DNA of 64,000 nt from Candidatus Eiseniibacteriota bacterium (GCA_041483195.1 JBGPFC010000006.1:75880-139879); one strand, 5' to 3'. Positions 9,101 through 18,599 are shown, counted from the stretch's first letter. Made by a program: numbers and translations. Notes: a model not told the origin generated them from the sequence alone.

Positions 9101-12015
9101 CGGTCGCCCGGCGATCCCCGCAGCGCGAGGTCGGGGCTGCTGTCGCGCCGGGGTCCGCCGAAGTACACGTACACCTGACCCAGGTCGCTCGTGTCGAAGC
9201 CCGGCGCTCCGACCGCCACGTCGTCGTACCCGTCACCATTCAAATCGCCGGCGGATGCGACGCACTCTCCGAAATCGATTGCGTCCGCCGGGCCGGCCAA
9301 TTCCCAATCGGGGTTCGCGTCCAGCTGCGGCCCGCCGAAAAAAACACGCACCGTCTTGGGCTCGGTGCTGGCCAGCGTGTTTCCCACGACGAAGTCGGGG
9401 TAGCCGTCGGCGTTCACGTCGCCGGCGCTCGAGACCGAACGCCCCATGGCCACGCGAGACGCGGTGCCGTTGACCCACAGGTCCGGCAGCGGGTCGGGCG
9501 TCGCGCCTCCGAAGAACACGATCGCCCGGCCGAAGAACTGCCCGGTATGCACGGCGTAGTTGGGCGCGCCGACGATCACGTCGTCGTAGCCGTCGCCATT
9601 CAGGTCGCCGGCGGCGGCGACCGAGACTCCGAGTGATGCGCCGCTGATGTAGGTCTGGAGCACGAGCGGGGGAGTATTTCCGGCGGCGGGACCGCCGAAG
9701 AAGATCCTCGCCTCGCCCACGTCGATGCCCGATGCGAGATCGTACTTCGGCGCTCCGACGATGACGTCGCCATAGCCGTCGCGGTTGAAGTCGCCCGCCG
9801 AGGAGACGCTGAACCCGAAGGACGCTCCGGGACCCGAGTGGATGGGCGAGATCAGGGTGCGCATCGAGACCGTCGTGCCGGGCAGCGGCTCGAGCACGTG
9901 GAAGCTCCCGTCGCTCGCGTCGAAGGATCCGGGCCGCGCCGGCTCACCGGTCGCGCTCACACGCACGCGGGCGTTCGAGGCGCTCAACTGCGGCACCGCG
10001 ATCGACTCCGCGTTCTCGCCGGCGCCGCCGACGTTGGTCACGAGCGTGGTCCAGGTAACGCCGTCATCGAACGAGATGGCGATGTCCGCGCGCGTGGCGC
10101 CCCGCCAGCGCACGGTGTCCCGCTCTCCCCCGATCCACATCTCCCCACCGTTCGGCGCAACGAGCCGGTAGCGCACGATGCGAAACCGGCTCTCGCTCGA
10201 GTCCGAGGCGAACGGAGAGGGCGGAAGTTGCTCGGCACGAACGCGTACCCGCGCGCTGTCGGTGGGGGCCGCTGACGCCACGACCGCGAGCGCGTTGTCG
10301 CCGCTTCCCCCGGCGCCATGCGCGAGCGTCGTCCAGCTGCGGCCGTCGTCGGCCGAGAGGCTCACCTCGGCCGGAAGGCGCCCGTGCCATCGCACCGTCT
10401 CGGTCGCGCCCATCACCCATGCTTCGCCGCCGTTCGGCGCGGTCAGATCGAAGGCGGCGATCTGGAACGGTTCGCTCACGCTCAGGTTGCGCCTGCTTGC
10501 CGGCTGGCCGCTGAGGCTCACGCGCACGCGGGCCTGATCCGCAACGCTGTCCGGCGCGACCAACGTCATCGAGCCCGGAGCGGGTGGGACCGCCTCGGCC
10601 AGCGTGCGCCACGTGACGCCTCCGTCCGGCGAGAGCGCGACGTCGACCGGGCCGACGGCCTGCCACGAGATGGTCTGTGGGTCTCCCGCGAACCAGCGCT
10701 CGCCCCCGTTCGGCTCGGTCACCTTCACCCGATCCACCTCGACCAGGTACACCCGGCCATTCGCGTTCGCGGTGCCGGGGCGTCCCGGGCACCCGAACAA
10801 CAGCTCTCCGCCGTCGACGCCGTTGATCCGGCGGGCGCCCGCCGCGGCTACGGTCGAATACCGATCGGGCACCGGGGGAACGAACAACAGGTCGGAGCCC
10901 GCATCGAGCGTGCTCCCCCCCAGAAACAGCACCGCTTCCCCGGTGGCGGTGGAGGTGACGACATCCGCGAACCCGTCGTCATCGACGTCGGCGGCCGCGG
11001 CCACGATGCGACCGATGGGAAATGCGAAGTCGCGGTTCGTGTCGAACGCGGCGCTTCCCAGATAGAGTTGGGCCTGGTTGTCACCGTACTCCGTGGCGAT
11101 GAGATCGTCGTACCCGTCGCCGTTCACGTCTCCGGCGCGGGCGACCGAGTAGCCGAGCCCCGCGTACGGGATGGATCCGGTCATGACGTAGTCGGCGGCC
11201 GCATCCATGCCCGGCCCGCCTCGATAGATGTACACGCGCCCGCTGCGCAACAGGACTCCGGAAGCGTCGGGCTCACCGACCATGACATCCACGAATCCAT
11301 CGTGGTTCACGTCACCCGCGCCGCACGACGAGAAGCCGAATTTCCCGTTCGCGAACGAGCCCGTGAGCACCAGGTCGGGGACGGCGTCCGGCACCGCCCC
11401 GCCGAAGAAGATGTAGGCGTGACCCATCTGGACGGAATCGGTGGGTGCGCCGACGATCACGTCGTCGTACCCGTCGCCGTTCACGTCGCCGATCCCCGCG
11501 ACCGAGGTTCCAAACCCTTCACCCGAGCGAAACGGACCGAGTACCAGGTCGGCGATCGAGTCGGGATGGGCGCCGCCGAAGTAGATCCGCGCGCGTCCGG
11601 AGGCCGCGGCGAATGGACTCTCCGCCGGGGATCCCACGATCAGATCGTCGATCCCGTCGCCGTTGAAATCACCCGCCCACGCCAGCGACTGTCCAAACGC
11701 GGCGCGCGCGGCCCCGGGCACGAGGCGCAGGTCGGCGATCGTGTAGAGCGGCGCTCCCCCGAAATAGAGATAGGCGATTCCGCCGCCGGAGCCGCCGGGC
11801 GCGGTGGGCGCGCCCACCACGAGATCGGGCCGGCCGTCGCCGTTGAAATCTCCGCCGGCGGCGATCGCGGCGCCGAAGCGGTCGCCGGTCAGCACGCCGG
11901 ACAACGCGCGCACGATGCGCCACGGCACGCCGGCCGCGCGGGAGGCGGACGGCGCGGCCAACGCCAGGATTACGGCGAGACTCGCCGCGGTGACGCTCGG
12001 ACGCATGGCGACCAC
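6172..12015 (-). CDS. Giant FG-GAP repeat protein (three 7-repeat propellers, Ig-like spacers, FlgD-Ig/T9SS-like C-terminus)
   Basis: Signal peptide; 21 FG...GDxNGDGxxDxxVGAP repeats in three blocks; PNGGExW domains with SxDGGxTW Asp-boxes; C-terminal VYDVQGRKM...GMYFVRA. 4-nt overlap with the S8 gene. Confidence 0.92.
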   Translation of the reverse strand: MVAMRPSVTAASLAVILALAAPSASRAAGVPWRIVRALSGVLTGDRFGAAIAAGGDFNGDGRPDLVVGAPTAPGGSGGGIAYLYFGGAPLYTIADLRLVPGAARAAFGQSLAWAGDFNGDGIDDLIVGSPAESPFAAASGRARIYFGGAHPDSIADLVLGPFRSGEGFGTSVAGIGDVNGDGYDDVIVGAPTDSVQMGHAYIFFGGAVPDAVPDLVLTGSFANGKFGFSSCGAGDVNHDGFVDVMVGEPDASGVLLRSGRVYIYRGGPGMDAAADYVMTGSIPYAGLGYSVARAGDVNGDGYDDLIATEYGDNQAQLYLGSAAFDTNRDFAFPIGRIVAAAADVDDDGFADVVTSTATGEAVLFLGGSTLDAGSDLLFVPPVPDRYSTVAAAGARRINGVDGGELLFGCPGRPGTANANGRVYLVEVDRVKVTEPNGGERWFAGDPQTISWQAVGPVDVALSPDGGVTWRTLAEAVPPAPGSMTLVAPDSVADQARVRVSLSGQPASRRNLSVSEPFQIAAFDLTAPNGGEAWVMGATETVRWHGRLPAEVSLSADDGRSWTTLAHGAGGSGDNALAVVASAAPTDSARVRVRAEQLPPSPFASDSSESRFRIVRYRLVAPNGGEMWIGGERDTVRWRGATRADIAISFDDGVTWTTLVTNVGGAGENAESIAVPQLSASNARVRVSATGEPARPGSFDASDGSFHVLEPLPGTTVSMRTLISPIHSGPGASFGFSVSSAGDFNRDGYGDVIVGAPKYDLASGIDVGEARIFFGGPAAGNTPPLVLQTYISGASLGVSVAAAGDLNGDGYDDVIVGAPNYAVHTGQFFGRAIVFFGGATPDPLPDLWVNGTASRVAMGRSVSSAGDVNADGYPDFVVGNTLASTEPKTVRVFFGGPQLDANPDWELAGPADAIDFGECVASAGDLNGDGYDDVAVGAPGFDTSDLGQVYVYFGGPRRDSSPDLALRGSPGDRFGEWIAPAGDWNGDGHADLLVGGRYNDVAGSNAGAVFLYFGGSSPHASPDLILRGEAAGDEFGYSFAGAGDVNLDGFGDVIVGAFRNDRPGSEAGRAYVFFGRPQADGKPGLVLNGDRANDNYGVGVAAAGDFDGDGLPDLIVGAQGSDAGALNSGRAYVYAVKHLRVVAPNGDETWIADEPDTIRWRGDGPADVALSTDGGVTWATLANGVGGAEVNALPIVTPHAATLAARVRVSPAGQPALRMLSGQSAGDFRIATPVIHGRAVVLARDGARGSSAGEEVGLASARAGDVNRDGFPDYLVGSRGGDSPGAVPDRARVMFGGPAPRAPVWLDVPAAGAPLGISLAAAGDINHDGFADVIVGSPGDAAGGAEAGRAFVFFGGPEPDGAPDLTLVGPSAGAQFGASVSRAGDLNGDGYDDLIVGAPFDDANGAGAGRVYLFEGGPTPDANEDLDWSGVRPGDHFGASLAGGGDLNGDRFSDFVVGAPGNDTPAIDAGRAYVFTGASEPSNNPGLVLTGESASDQFGTTVAIAGDVNGDGLEDVLVGAPFSGARGAESGRVYLFDGGVRLNYGADLVLTGAGRGEFFGLALAGLGDLNRDGFADFAVGAPFSGAGGADAGRVDVHLGALVPGTRADLTWSGARPGDRLGWSIGGPGDLGGDGFDDAIVGAPFADRGATDAGATLVYDAHRYVLLSQRSAERWDVGGSQTIRWLGAEPADVWLGSDDGASWRMVAHAVGGADSNAIAIRVPRAAGDSLRVRIAPANAAVPGAALSDSLISIRATIALLDFSVTPGPQGVALAWSTDPAAGASGLAGYRLYRIGRDGATVDRIGAPLITANRAQAAETERGATYVLVAVNGLGEESELGRSRLPAPAAGISAWPIPLPIGGSLTLALALPASPGGNAPADLSVGVYDVQGRKMADLLEGATPTDLGVVSWRWDATSPRRSPLVPGMYFVRASVPSLRFHAERKIVIVR

Positions 12016-12174
12016 CGGCCTACGATCCAGGTTATGGGAACGACCGCTCGTCCGCTGGGGGATGGCCCGGTCGCACGCGGCCCCATGACGTTAGGCAGCG
12101 GACCGGCGCGGGTCAAGCCCTGCGTGGGTCGTCGAACCGGGTCGTGTTCCCCGTGGCTCCCGCGCTTTCGGGCG

Positions 12175-12705
12175 CTACGCCCCGCGCGCCGCGGCGCGCG
12201 ATCGCGGCGCGCTCAGCTCGAACGCGACGTGTCCCGACTCGTGCGCGAGCAATCGCCGCTTGAGATCGAGGCCCCACGCGTAGCCGGTGAGTGTTCCGCC
12301 GGCGCCCACCACGCGATGGCATGGCACCACGATCGCCGCGCGGTTCGCGGCGACCGCGGCGCCCACCGCGCGCGCGGTCGCCGCGCCTCCGAGCGCCGTG
12401 GCCAGCGTGCCGTAGGTCTCGCGAGCGCCGAAGGGAATCGCGAGCAGCCGCGACCACACGGAGCGCTCGAACTCCGTTCCGTCGAGATCGAGCGCTCCGC
12501 CGAATGGCCGCGGGTCGCCCCCCGCGTACGCGAGCAGCCACGCGCACGGCGCCTCCAGCGGCGCGCTCCGCGCGCGGCCCGCGCCGGCCTCGATCGCCGC
12601 GCCGGCCGGCGTGACCGAAACCAGACCGCGTTCGCTGGCCGTGAGCGCGAACCGCCCGAGTGATGTGGTCACCGCCGCGCGGATCATCGAACCTCCCCTG
12701 CTCAT
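12175..12705 (-). CDS. ogt: Methylated-DNA--protein-cysteine S-methyltransferase (Ogt/AdaB-like)
   Basis: GTEFERSVW...IPFG...TYG...RAVGAA...VPCHRV active site. ATG 12705 overlaps the adaA stop (ATGA). Confidence 0.92.
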   Translation of the reverse strand: MSRGGSMIRAAVTTSLGRFALTASERGLVSVTPAGAAIEAGAGRARSAPLEAPCAWLLAYAGGDPRPFGGALDLDGTEFERSVWSRLLAIPFGARETYGTLATALGGAATARAVGAAVAANRAAIVVPCHRVVGAGGTLTGYAWGLDLKRRLLAHESGHVAFELSAPRSRAAARGA

Positions 12706-13388
12706 CGCTTGCCTCCCCGATTCGCCGCGCGACGATGCGCGCGGCGTGATGCGAGCGGCGTCGCGCCGTAGCGGCGGCGAAACGCCCGCGCCATCGCGGC
12801 CGGGCTTCCGAAGCCGACCGCGTATCCGATCTCGAGCACCGAGTCCTGCGAATGCTGGAGCAGCGACAGGGCGCGCTCCGCGCGGAGGTCCGCCAGCGCC
12901 CGCATCGGAGCGCGCCCATCCGCTTCGCGCAGGTGACGCGCCAGGCTCGATGCGCTCATGTGCATCGCGCGCGCGAGCGACTCGGCATTCCATCGATCGT
13001 CGAGACGCGAGCGCATGAGCGCCAGCGCGCGATCCGCGATGCGCCGCGCCGCCTCCGCCGTTCCACCCGGGAGCTCGGGGCGGCACCGCTTGCATGGGCG
13101 GAAGCCGGCGGCCGCCGCGGCGGTCGCGGTCTTGAAGTACTCGACCCGATCGGGCCGCGGCTTGCGGCAGGTGCATGAGGGCCGGCAGAAGATCCCGGTC
13201 GAGCGCACGCCCGCGACGAAACGTCCATCGAATCGCGCGTCGCCGCGCGCGAAGGCCGACCACATCGCCGCGCGGTCGAGCCCCGCCGGCGCGCCGGTCT
13301 GCGAAAGGTCCACGGCGGGGCGCGCGCGGGCCGCGGGCGACGCGGCCCCGCGGTGCGGCGTCGAAGCGGCCGAACGAAGCGATCTCAT
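12702..13388 (-). CDS. adaA: Ada metal-binding domain plus AraC HTH (AdaA-like methylphosphotriester repair protein/activator)
   Basis: RDARFDGRF.AGVRSTGIFCRPSC...GFRPCKRC Zn motif; AraC signature IGYAVGFGSPAAMARAFRRRYGATP. Start uncertain (13388 or 13397). Confidence 0.88.
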   Translation of the reverse strand: MRSLRSAASTPHRGAASPAARARPAVDLSQTGAPAGLDRAAMWSAFARGDARFDGRFVAGVRSTGIFCRPSCTCRKPRPDRVEYFKTATAAAAAGFRPCKRCRPELPGGTAEAARRIADRALALMRSRLDDRWNAESLARAMHMSASSLARHLREADGRAPMRALADLRAERALSLLQHSQDSVLEIGYAVGFGSPAAMARAFRRRYGATPLASRRAHRRAANRGGKR

Positions 13389-13473
13389 GCTGGGCACTGT
13401 AGCTCGGCCGGCCGCGCGTTTCTCGTCGAATCCGGGAAAGTTATCGGGCGGGCGCGGGCGGCACGCGACGAGG

Positions 13474-14022
13474 CTACTCTTCGATCTCCTTGATCACGAC
13501 GCTGTCCACGCCGTCGATCTCGGCGAGCTTGACCCCGATCACTTCCCGCTTCGAGGTCGGCACGTTCTTGCCGACGAAGTCGGCGCGAATCGGCAGCTCG
13601 CGGTGCCCGCGGTCGATCACCACCGCCAGCTGGATGGAACGCGGGCGCCCGAAGTCGATGAGCGCGTCCATCGCGGCGCGCACCGTGCGGCCGGTGTAGA
13701 GCACGTCGTCCACGAGCACCACGACCTTGCCGTTGATGTCCACCGGGATCTCGGTGAGGCCCACCACCGGCTGATGGGCGACCATCGAGAGATCGTCGCG
13801 ATAGAGGGTGATGTCGAGGCTTCCCTGAGAGGGCGTGACGCCCTCGAACTCCGCGATCTTCTGCGAGAGGCGCGCCGCGATCGGGACGCCGCGGCGCCGG
13901 ATTCCGACCAGCACCAGATCCTTCACGCCCTTGTTGCGCTCGACGATCTCGTGCGCGATGCGGGTCACGATGCGCCGAAGGCCGTCGGCCTCGACGATCT
14001 CGGCTTTTTCGCGGAGGGCCAT
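13474..14022 (-). CDS. pyrR: Bifunctional pyr operon regulator/uracil phosphoribosyltransferase PyrR
   Basis: [23 protein letters not shown] motif [37 protein letters not shown] ribosome-binding site before ATG 14022. Confidence 0.95.
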   Translation of the reverse strand: MALREKAEIVEADGLRRIVTRIAHEIVERNKGVKDLVLVGIRRRGVPIAARLSQKIAEFEGVTPSQGSLDITLYRDDLSMVAHQPVVGLTEIPVDINGKVVVLVDDVLYTGRTVRAAMDALIDFGRPRSIQLAVVIDRGHRELPIRADFVGKNVPTSKREVIGVKLAEIDGVDSVVIKEIEE

Positions 14023-14111
14023 GATTCCTCGGTCGTATTCGGAATGTTCGACGGAATCCGCGGACGGGCCGACCGGGGGGAGCCGCGCCGCTGCCTGCGA
14101 TTCTAGCGCGC

Positions 14112-14141
14112 ACCTTAGCCGGATCGGCGGCGAGCCGGCAA
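14112..14141 (-). promoter_or_regulatory. Putative sigma70 promoter of pyrR
   Basis: TTGCCG-N18-TAAGGT on the minus strand; a second TAGAAT hexamer at 14100-14105. Confidence 0.4.
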
Positions 14142-14419
14142 GTGCGAGCCCCGGCGCCGCCGCCGCGAATGCCCGCTCTTCGCCTGTCACCGATCGTCCA
14201 ACCGGGACCGCTCGCCCAGTTCGCGCCCACTTCGCGCTCGCGTACGCTCCCACGCGCGGCTAGAATCGGGCCTCCCACGGCGCAATCCCCAGGCGCCGAC
14301 TCAGGCGGCGCCGCTCGCGCGGCGGCCCGGCGCTGGAGGCCCGCATGCAGACATCGTTCGCGACCGAGCCTGGCGAGGCGGCCGCGGCCCCCGCTCACGC
14401 ATTCCGCACCAGGCCTCCG

Positions 14420-15979
14420 ATGCGGCCCGGCCTGCGCTTCCTCGCCGCGCTTGCCGTCTCATCGCTCTTCGCCGCCCCGCCCGGCGCCAGCGCGCTCACC
14501 ATCAACGTCGAAGTGGACTGGCTCGCATCGGGCACGCACAGCCACCGCCCCAATCCGTGCGAGATCGAAGCGGTCAGGACCGCGTTTGCGCTCCGCGGCC
14601 ATTCGCTGAACGTCGAGATGGGCAACGAGGTTCCCGAGACCCCCGCGAACAGCATGATCGTGTTCGACACGGGGACGGGGTTCGATGACTTCGCCGGCGG
14701 CTGGTACGCGCTCGAATCGGCCTACCGCAATCATCCGCCGGGAACGGGCTGGCACTACTGCATCTTCGTACACCAGTACCAGTCGGGGACGATCACCACG
14801 AGCTCGGGCCTCGCCGAGATCGGGGGCGACGAATTCCTGGTGAGTCTCGGGGCGTTCTCCGGAGGAACCGGCACGCCATTCGATCGCGCGGGCACGTTCA
14901 TGCACGAACTCGGTCACAATCTCGGGCTCAGGCACGGCGGCGGGCAGGACGAGTCCCAGGTCGGCCAGTACAAGCCGAACTACCCGAGCCTCATGGCGTA
15001 TCGCTATCAGCTGATCGGCGTTCGCAACGGGCTCGTGTGCCAGGGCCTGGCCCTCGCCACGCAGGTTGCGCCATTCACCGAGCTCGACTATTCGGTTGGC
15101 GCGGTGCCCGACCTCGACGAGACCAAGCTCAACGAGTGCAACGGGCTGGGCCTGGGGAAGTCGGTGGATTGGAACTGCAACGGATCGATCAGCTCCTGCA
15201 CGCAGACGGTGGGGAAGGACCTGAGCAGCGGGTACAACTGGTGCACGAACACCGGCTTCAGGACCGCCATCAAGGACTACAACGACTGGGCCCACGTCTC
15301 GGACGTGTCCGCCAAACCCCAGCTGCTCGCCACGAACACGGAGGTGATCTCGTGCATCACGGCGGACGAGGCGGCCAGTCCGCTCGCGGGCCCGGGCGGC
15401 TGCACGCAGGTCAATCCATGCGATCAGCCGACCCCCACGCTGCTCTCGCTGGTGAGCGCGCTCGCGGAGCCCGACCGCGTTCGGCTCACGTGGCACGCGG
15501 CGGAGAGCGGCGGGCTCGAGGCGACGATCTATCGGCGCACGGCGGAGAGTGAATGGATTGCGCTGGGCCTGACCCGTGCGGACGGCAATGGATTTCTGGC
15601 CTTCGAAGATCGCACGGCGGGACCTGGGCAGCGCTACGGCTACCGGCTCGGCGTCATGGAGAGCGGCCGCGAGTACGCACTCGGCGAGAGCTGGGTGGAC
15701 GTGCCGCGCACGCTCGAGCTGATGCTGCAGGGCCTGCGTCCCAATCCGGCGACGGGCCGCGCGGCGGTGTCCTTCACGCTCCCCGGCGCGGGTTCCGCGC
15801 GGCTCGAGCTCTTCGATCTGAGCGGAAGGCGGGTGTGGGCTCGCGAAGTCGGGTCGCTCGGCGCGGGAAGCCACGCCGTGCCGCTCGACGAGGGGAGCGC
15901 GCTGCCATCCGGCGTGTACGTCGTGCGGCTCACGAGCGGGGGACGCGAGGTGACGAGCAGAGCGGTCGTCGTTCACTAG
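14420..15979 (+). CDS. Secreted metzincin-type zinc metalloprotease with C-terminal FlgD-Ig/T9SS-like domain
   Basis: Signal peptide MRPGLRFLAALAVSSLFAAPPGASA; HELGHNLGLRH (HExxHxxGxxH); Met-turn-like YPSLMAY; C-terminal RPNP...LFDLSGRRV...GVYVVRL. Confidence 0.88.
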   Translation: MRPGLRFLAALAVSSLFAAPPGASALTINVEVDWLASGTHSHRPNPCEIEAVRTAFALRGHSLNVEMGNEVPETPANSMIVFDTGTGFDDFAGGWYALESAYRNHPPGTGWHYCIFVHQYQSGTITTSSGLAEIGGDEFLVSLGAFSGGTGTPFDRAGTFMHELGHNLGLRHGGGQDESQVGQYKPNYPSLMAYRYQLIGVRNGLVCQGLALATQVAPFTELDYSVGAVPDLDETKLNECNGLGLGKSVDWNCNGSISSCTQTVGKDLSSGYNWCTNTGFRTAIKDYNDWAHVSDVSAKPQLLATNTEVISCITADEAASPLAGPGGCTQVNPCDQPTPTLLSLVSALAEPDRVRLTWHAAESGGLEATIYRRTAESEWIALGLTRADGNGFLAFEDRTAGPGQRYGYRLGVMESGREYALGESWVDVPRTLELMLQGLRPNPATGRAAVSFTLPGAGSARLELFDLSGRRVWAREVGSLGAGSHAVPLDEGSALPSGVYVVRLTSGGREVTSRAVVVH

Positions 15980-16124
15980 TATCGATCGACGCTGGGTCAA
16001 GGCACGGTGCCTCCCTCGGGAAGGCCCGCACGATTAGACCGTGAGCGGATCGGGCCGGAGGGAGAGCATGAAGCAATCGCCAGGGACACGGCTGTTCCCC
16101 GCGGCTCGCGCGGGGCGGTGAGGC

Positions 16125-17123
16125 GTGGCCTTCGGCGAGCTCGAGGACTCACCCGCGCCGCAACGACCCCGAATCCCCTGGTGGACGAAGCCAATCGGAC
16201 GGCTCTCGCTCTACAGCTTCACCGTGTCGGCCCTGTCGTTCGCGGCATTCCTGCTGACCTCCCTGTTGTGGCTCATCACGCCGCTGCGGGAGTCTCCCGG
16301 CTTCCTGAGATTCCACGCCATCTGCGGGGGCTCCATGTTCGCGGCCGCGGGCCTGCTGTTCGTGACCCTCTTCGTTCTCCACCGCTTCCTGGTCCCGGAT
16401 CCGGGCACCGAGCTGCGGAGCCTGGATGCGGCTCCGCTCAACGTCGGTCTCACCGCCTTCAACGACGAGGAGGCCATCGGCCCGGCGGTGCGGGACTTCA
16501 AGTCCGCTCGGGGGGTGAGGCGCGTGATCGTCGTCGACAACAACTCACGCGACCGCACCCGGCAGGTGGCGGAGGACGCCGGCGCGGATCGCGTCGTCAT
16601 CGAGACCACTCCGGGCTACGGCGCGTGCTGCCAGCGCGCGTTGGCCGAGGCCGCCGAGGGCGCGGACCTGATCCTGCTATGTGAAGGGGACATGACGTTC
16701 CGCGCCGCCGACTTGAAGAAGTTCGTCGCATACCTGGAGAACTGCGACCTGGTGCTCGGCACTCGCTCCACGCAGGAGCTGCGGGATCCCGGCACGCAGA
16801 TGGACTGGCTCATCAACCCCGCGAACCAGATCGTCGCGAAGCTCATCCAGCTTCGCTTCTGGGGCACCCGGCTGACCGACGTGGGCTGCACCTACCGGGC
16901 CATCCGCGTGGACGCCTATCGACGGCTCGCTCCACAGCTCTCGGTTCGCGGCAATCACTTCTCGCCGCACATGATCATCGAGGCGCTGAAGCTCCGGATG
17001 CGCGTGATCGAGGTCCCGATCACGTTTCACCGCAGGGTGGGAGTTTCGAAAGGCGTGGGCTCGAGCAAGATCCGCGCGGCGCGCGTCGCACTGCGAATGC
17101 TCGGGCTCCTCTACCGCGCCTGA
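16125..17123 (+). CDS. Glycosyltransferase family 2 with two N-terminal TM helices
   Basis: LTAFNDEEAI, VIVVDNNSRDRT, GYGA, CEGD (DxD-like), TDVGCTYRAI, EVPI.F..RVG.SK. Confidence 0.88.
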   Translation: MAFGELEDSPAPQRPRIPWWTKPIGRLSLYSFTVSALSFAAFLLTSLLWLITPLRESPGFLRFHAICGGSMFAAAGLLFVTLFVLHRFLVPDPGTELRSLDAAPLNVGLTAFNDEEAIGPAVRDFKSARGVRRVIVVDNNSRDRTRQVAEDAGADRVVIETTPGYGACCQRALAEAAEGADLILLCEGDMTFRAADLKKFVAYLENCDLVLGTRSTQELRDPGTQMDWLINPANQIVAKLIQLRFWGTRLTDVGCTYRAIRVDAYRRLAPQLSVRGNHFSPHMIIEALKLRMRVIEVPITFHRRVGVSKGVGSSKIRAARVALRMLGLLYRA

Positions 17124-17168
17124 GCCCGGTCCCGCGGGCGGCCCCGTCGCACGATCGCGCGGAGCCGC

Positions 17169-18599
17169 TCAGTCCTCGACTACGTGGGTCTCGAAGGACC
17201 TGCGACACCCGGCCCAGCGCTCGCGGTCGAAGTGGCCGCACTCGTCGAGACAGTCCACCGCCGCGTAGGCCATCGCCAGCGTGTGGTGGGTATTGTCGTG
17301 CGCGAACAGTCCCTGCCGTCCCAGCGTGAGCACTCCCGGCAGGCCCGCGAGCCAGCCGTCGATGCGTTCGAAGTGGCGCTCGTAGCCACGCCGGTAGATC
17401 GGGTAGGCCTGCGGTAGCCGGCGCGTCGCCACTTCCAGCAGCGGCGCCCCGATCGGGATGCCCAGATCGGAGAGCGCGTCCCGCACGACCTGTCCCAGCT
17501 CGGCATCGGGCCGGTTCCACCACGAATCCCCCATCGAACACGGCAGCTCAGCACACAGCACGGTGCGGTCCGCGGGATCGGCGACGGTCGAGTAGTTCCG
17601 GGGCTCGGACATTCGCGTGATCGGGACCTCGGTCTCCGGGAAGTAGTGGGCGTCGAATTCGCTGAACCGCCGCTGACCCAGGACGAGGTAGATGAGGATC
17701 ATGCTGCGGAACTGGATGCCGTTCGCGGCCTCGATCACCTCGGGCGGCGCCGCGGGCCGCAGGCTCCGCGCCAGCGCGGTGACGGGGATCGTGGACCAGA
17801 CGTGATCCGCGCGGAGACTCCGCACCTGGTCGCCCGCGCGGAATTCCACGCGGCAGCCTCCCTCGGGCAGCAGGTGCACGGCTTCCACGCCGGCGCCGAA
17901 CTGGAATGTGGCGCCCAGATCGCGGGCCGCACCGAAGTAGCGTTCGGCGATCTCGCCGTAGCCGCCGCGCGGATAGAAGAATCGTCCCGCGCCTTGCGGC
18001 TTCAATCCCGGCACGGCCGAGAGGACCTTGCGCGCCAATCCCCCGAGAGAGCCCGCCTTGACCCGGCGCCGTGCCTGGGTCGCCGAGAGTTCCTCCGGGT
18101 CGAGGCCCCAGATCTTCCGCGCGTACGGAAAATAGAAGTCGCGGCAGATGGTCCGACCTAGGCCGCGATGGAGCACCGATGCGAAGGACTCCCCCGCGGA
18201 ATCCGTGGCCCGCGCCGGCAGCGCCTTTCGCACCAGATCGCCGGCCGTGCCCAGCGCGAAGCCGGGCGGCAGTCTCAGCACCAGGTCGAGGGGCTTGAGC
18301 GGGAAGTGGATCCAGCGCCCGCGCAGGCGGATCCGCCCGTGGCGCGGCCGATCGAGCAGGTCGTTTCCGAGCAGGCGGCGGATGTCGGAGAGGATCCCCG
18401 GATCGCAGGCGGGGTGGAGTCGGTGGCTTCCGAAGTCCACGTTGAGCCCCCCCAGCTCGAAGCTCCCCGCGAGGCCGCCGACGCGCGGGGCGCGCTCGAG
18501 CACGGTCGCGGCCGCCTTTCCGGTCACGGCCAGGCGGTACGCCGCTCCGACGCCGGATGGCCCGGCGCCCAGGATGACCACTTCGGCGCGCCCGCTCAT
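17169..18599 (-). CDS. FAD-dependent oxidoreductase (protoporphyrinogen oxidase/UDP-galactopyranose mutase-like)
   Basis: VVILGAGPSG Rossmann motif, LERAPRVGGLA, DFGSHRL, AYPIY, LGRQGLF. ATG 18599 overlaps the asnB stop. Confidence 0.85.
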   Translation of the reverse strand: MSGRAEVVILGAGPSGVGAAYRLAVTGKAAATVLERAPRVGGLAGSFELGGLNVDFGSHRLHPACDPGILSDIRRLLGNDLLDRPRHGRIRLRGRWIHFPLKPLDLVLRLPPGFALGTAGDLVRKALPARATDSAGESFASVLHRGLGRTICRDFYFPYARKIWGLDPEELSATQARRRVKAGSLGGLARKVLSAVPGLKPQGAGRFFYPRGGYGEIAERYFGAARDLGATFQFGAGVEAVHLLPEGGCRVEFRAGDQVRSLRADHVWSTIPVTALARSLRPAAPPEVIEAANGIQFRSMILIYLVLGQRRFSEFDAHYFPETEVPITRMSEPRNYSTVADPADRTVLCAELPCSMGDSWWNRPDAELGQVVRDALSDLGIPIGAPLLEVATRRLPQAYPIYRRGYERHFERIDGWLAGLPGVLTLGRQGLFAHDNTHHTLAMAYAAVDCLDECGHFDRERWAGCRRSFETHVVED

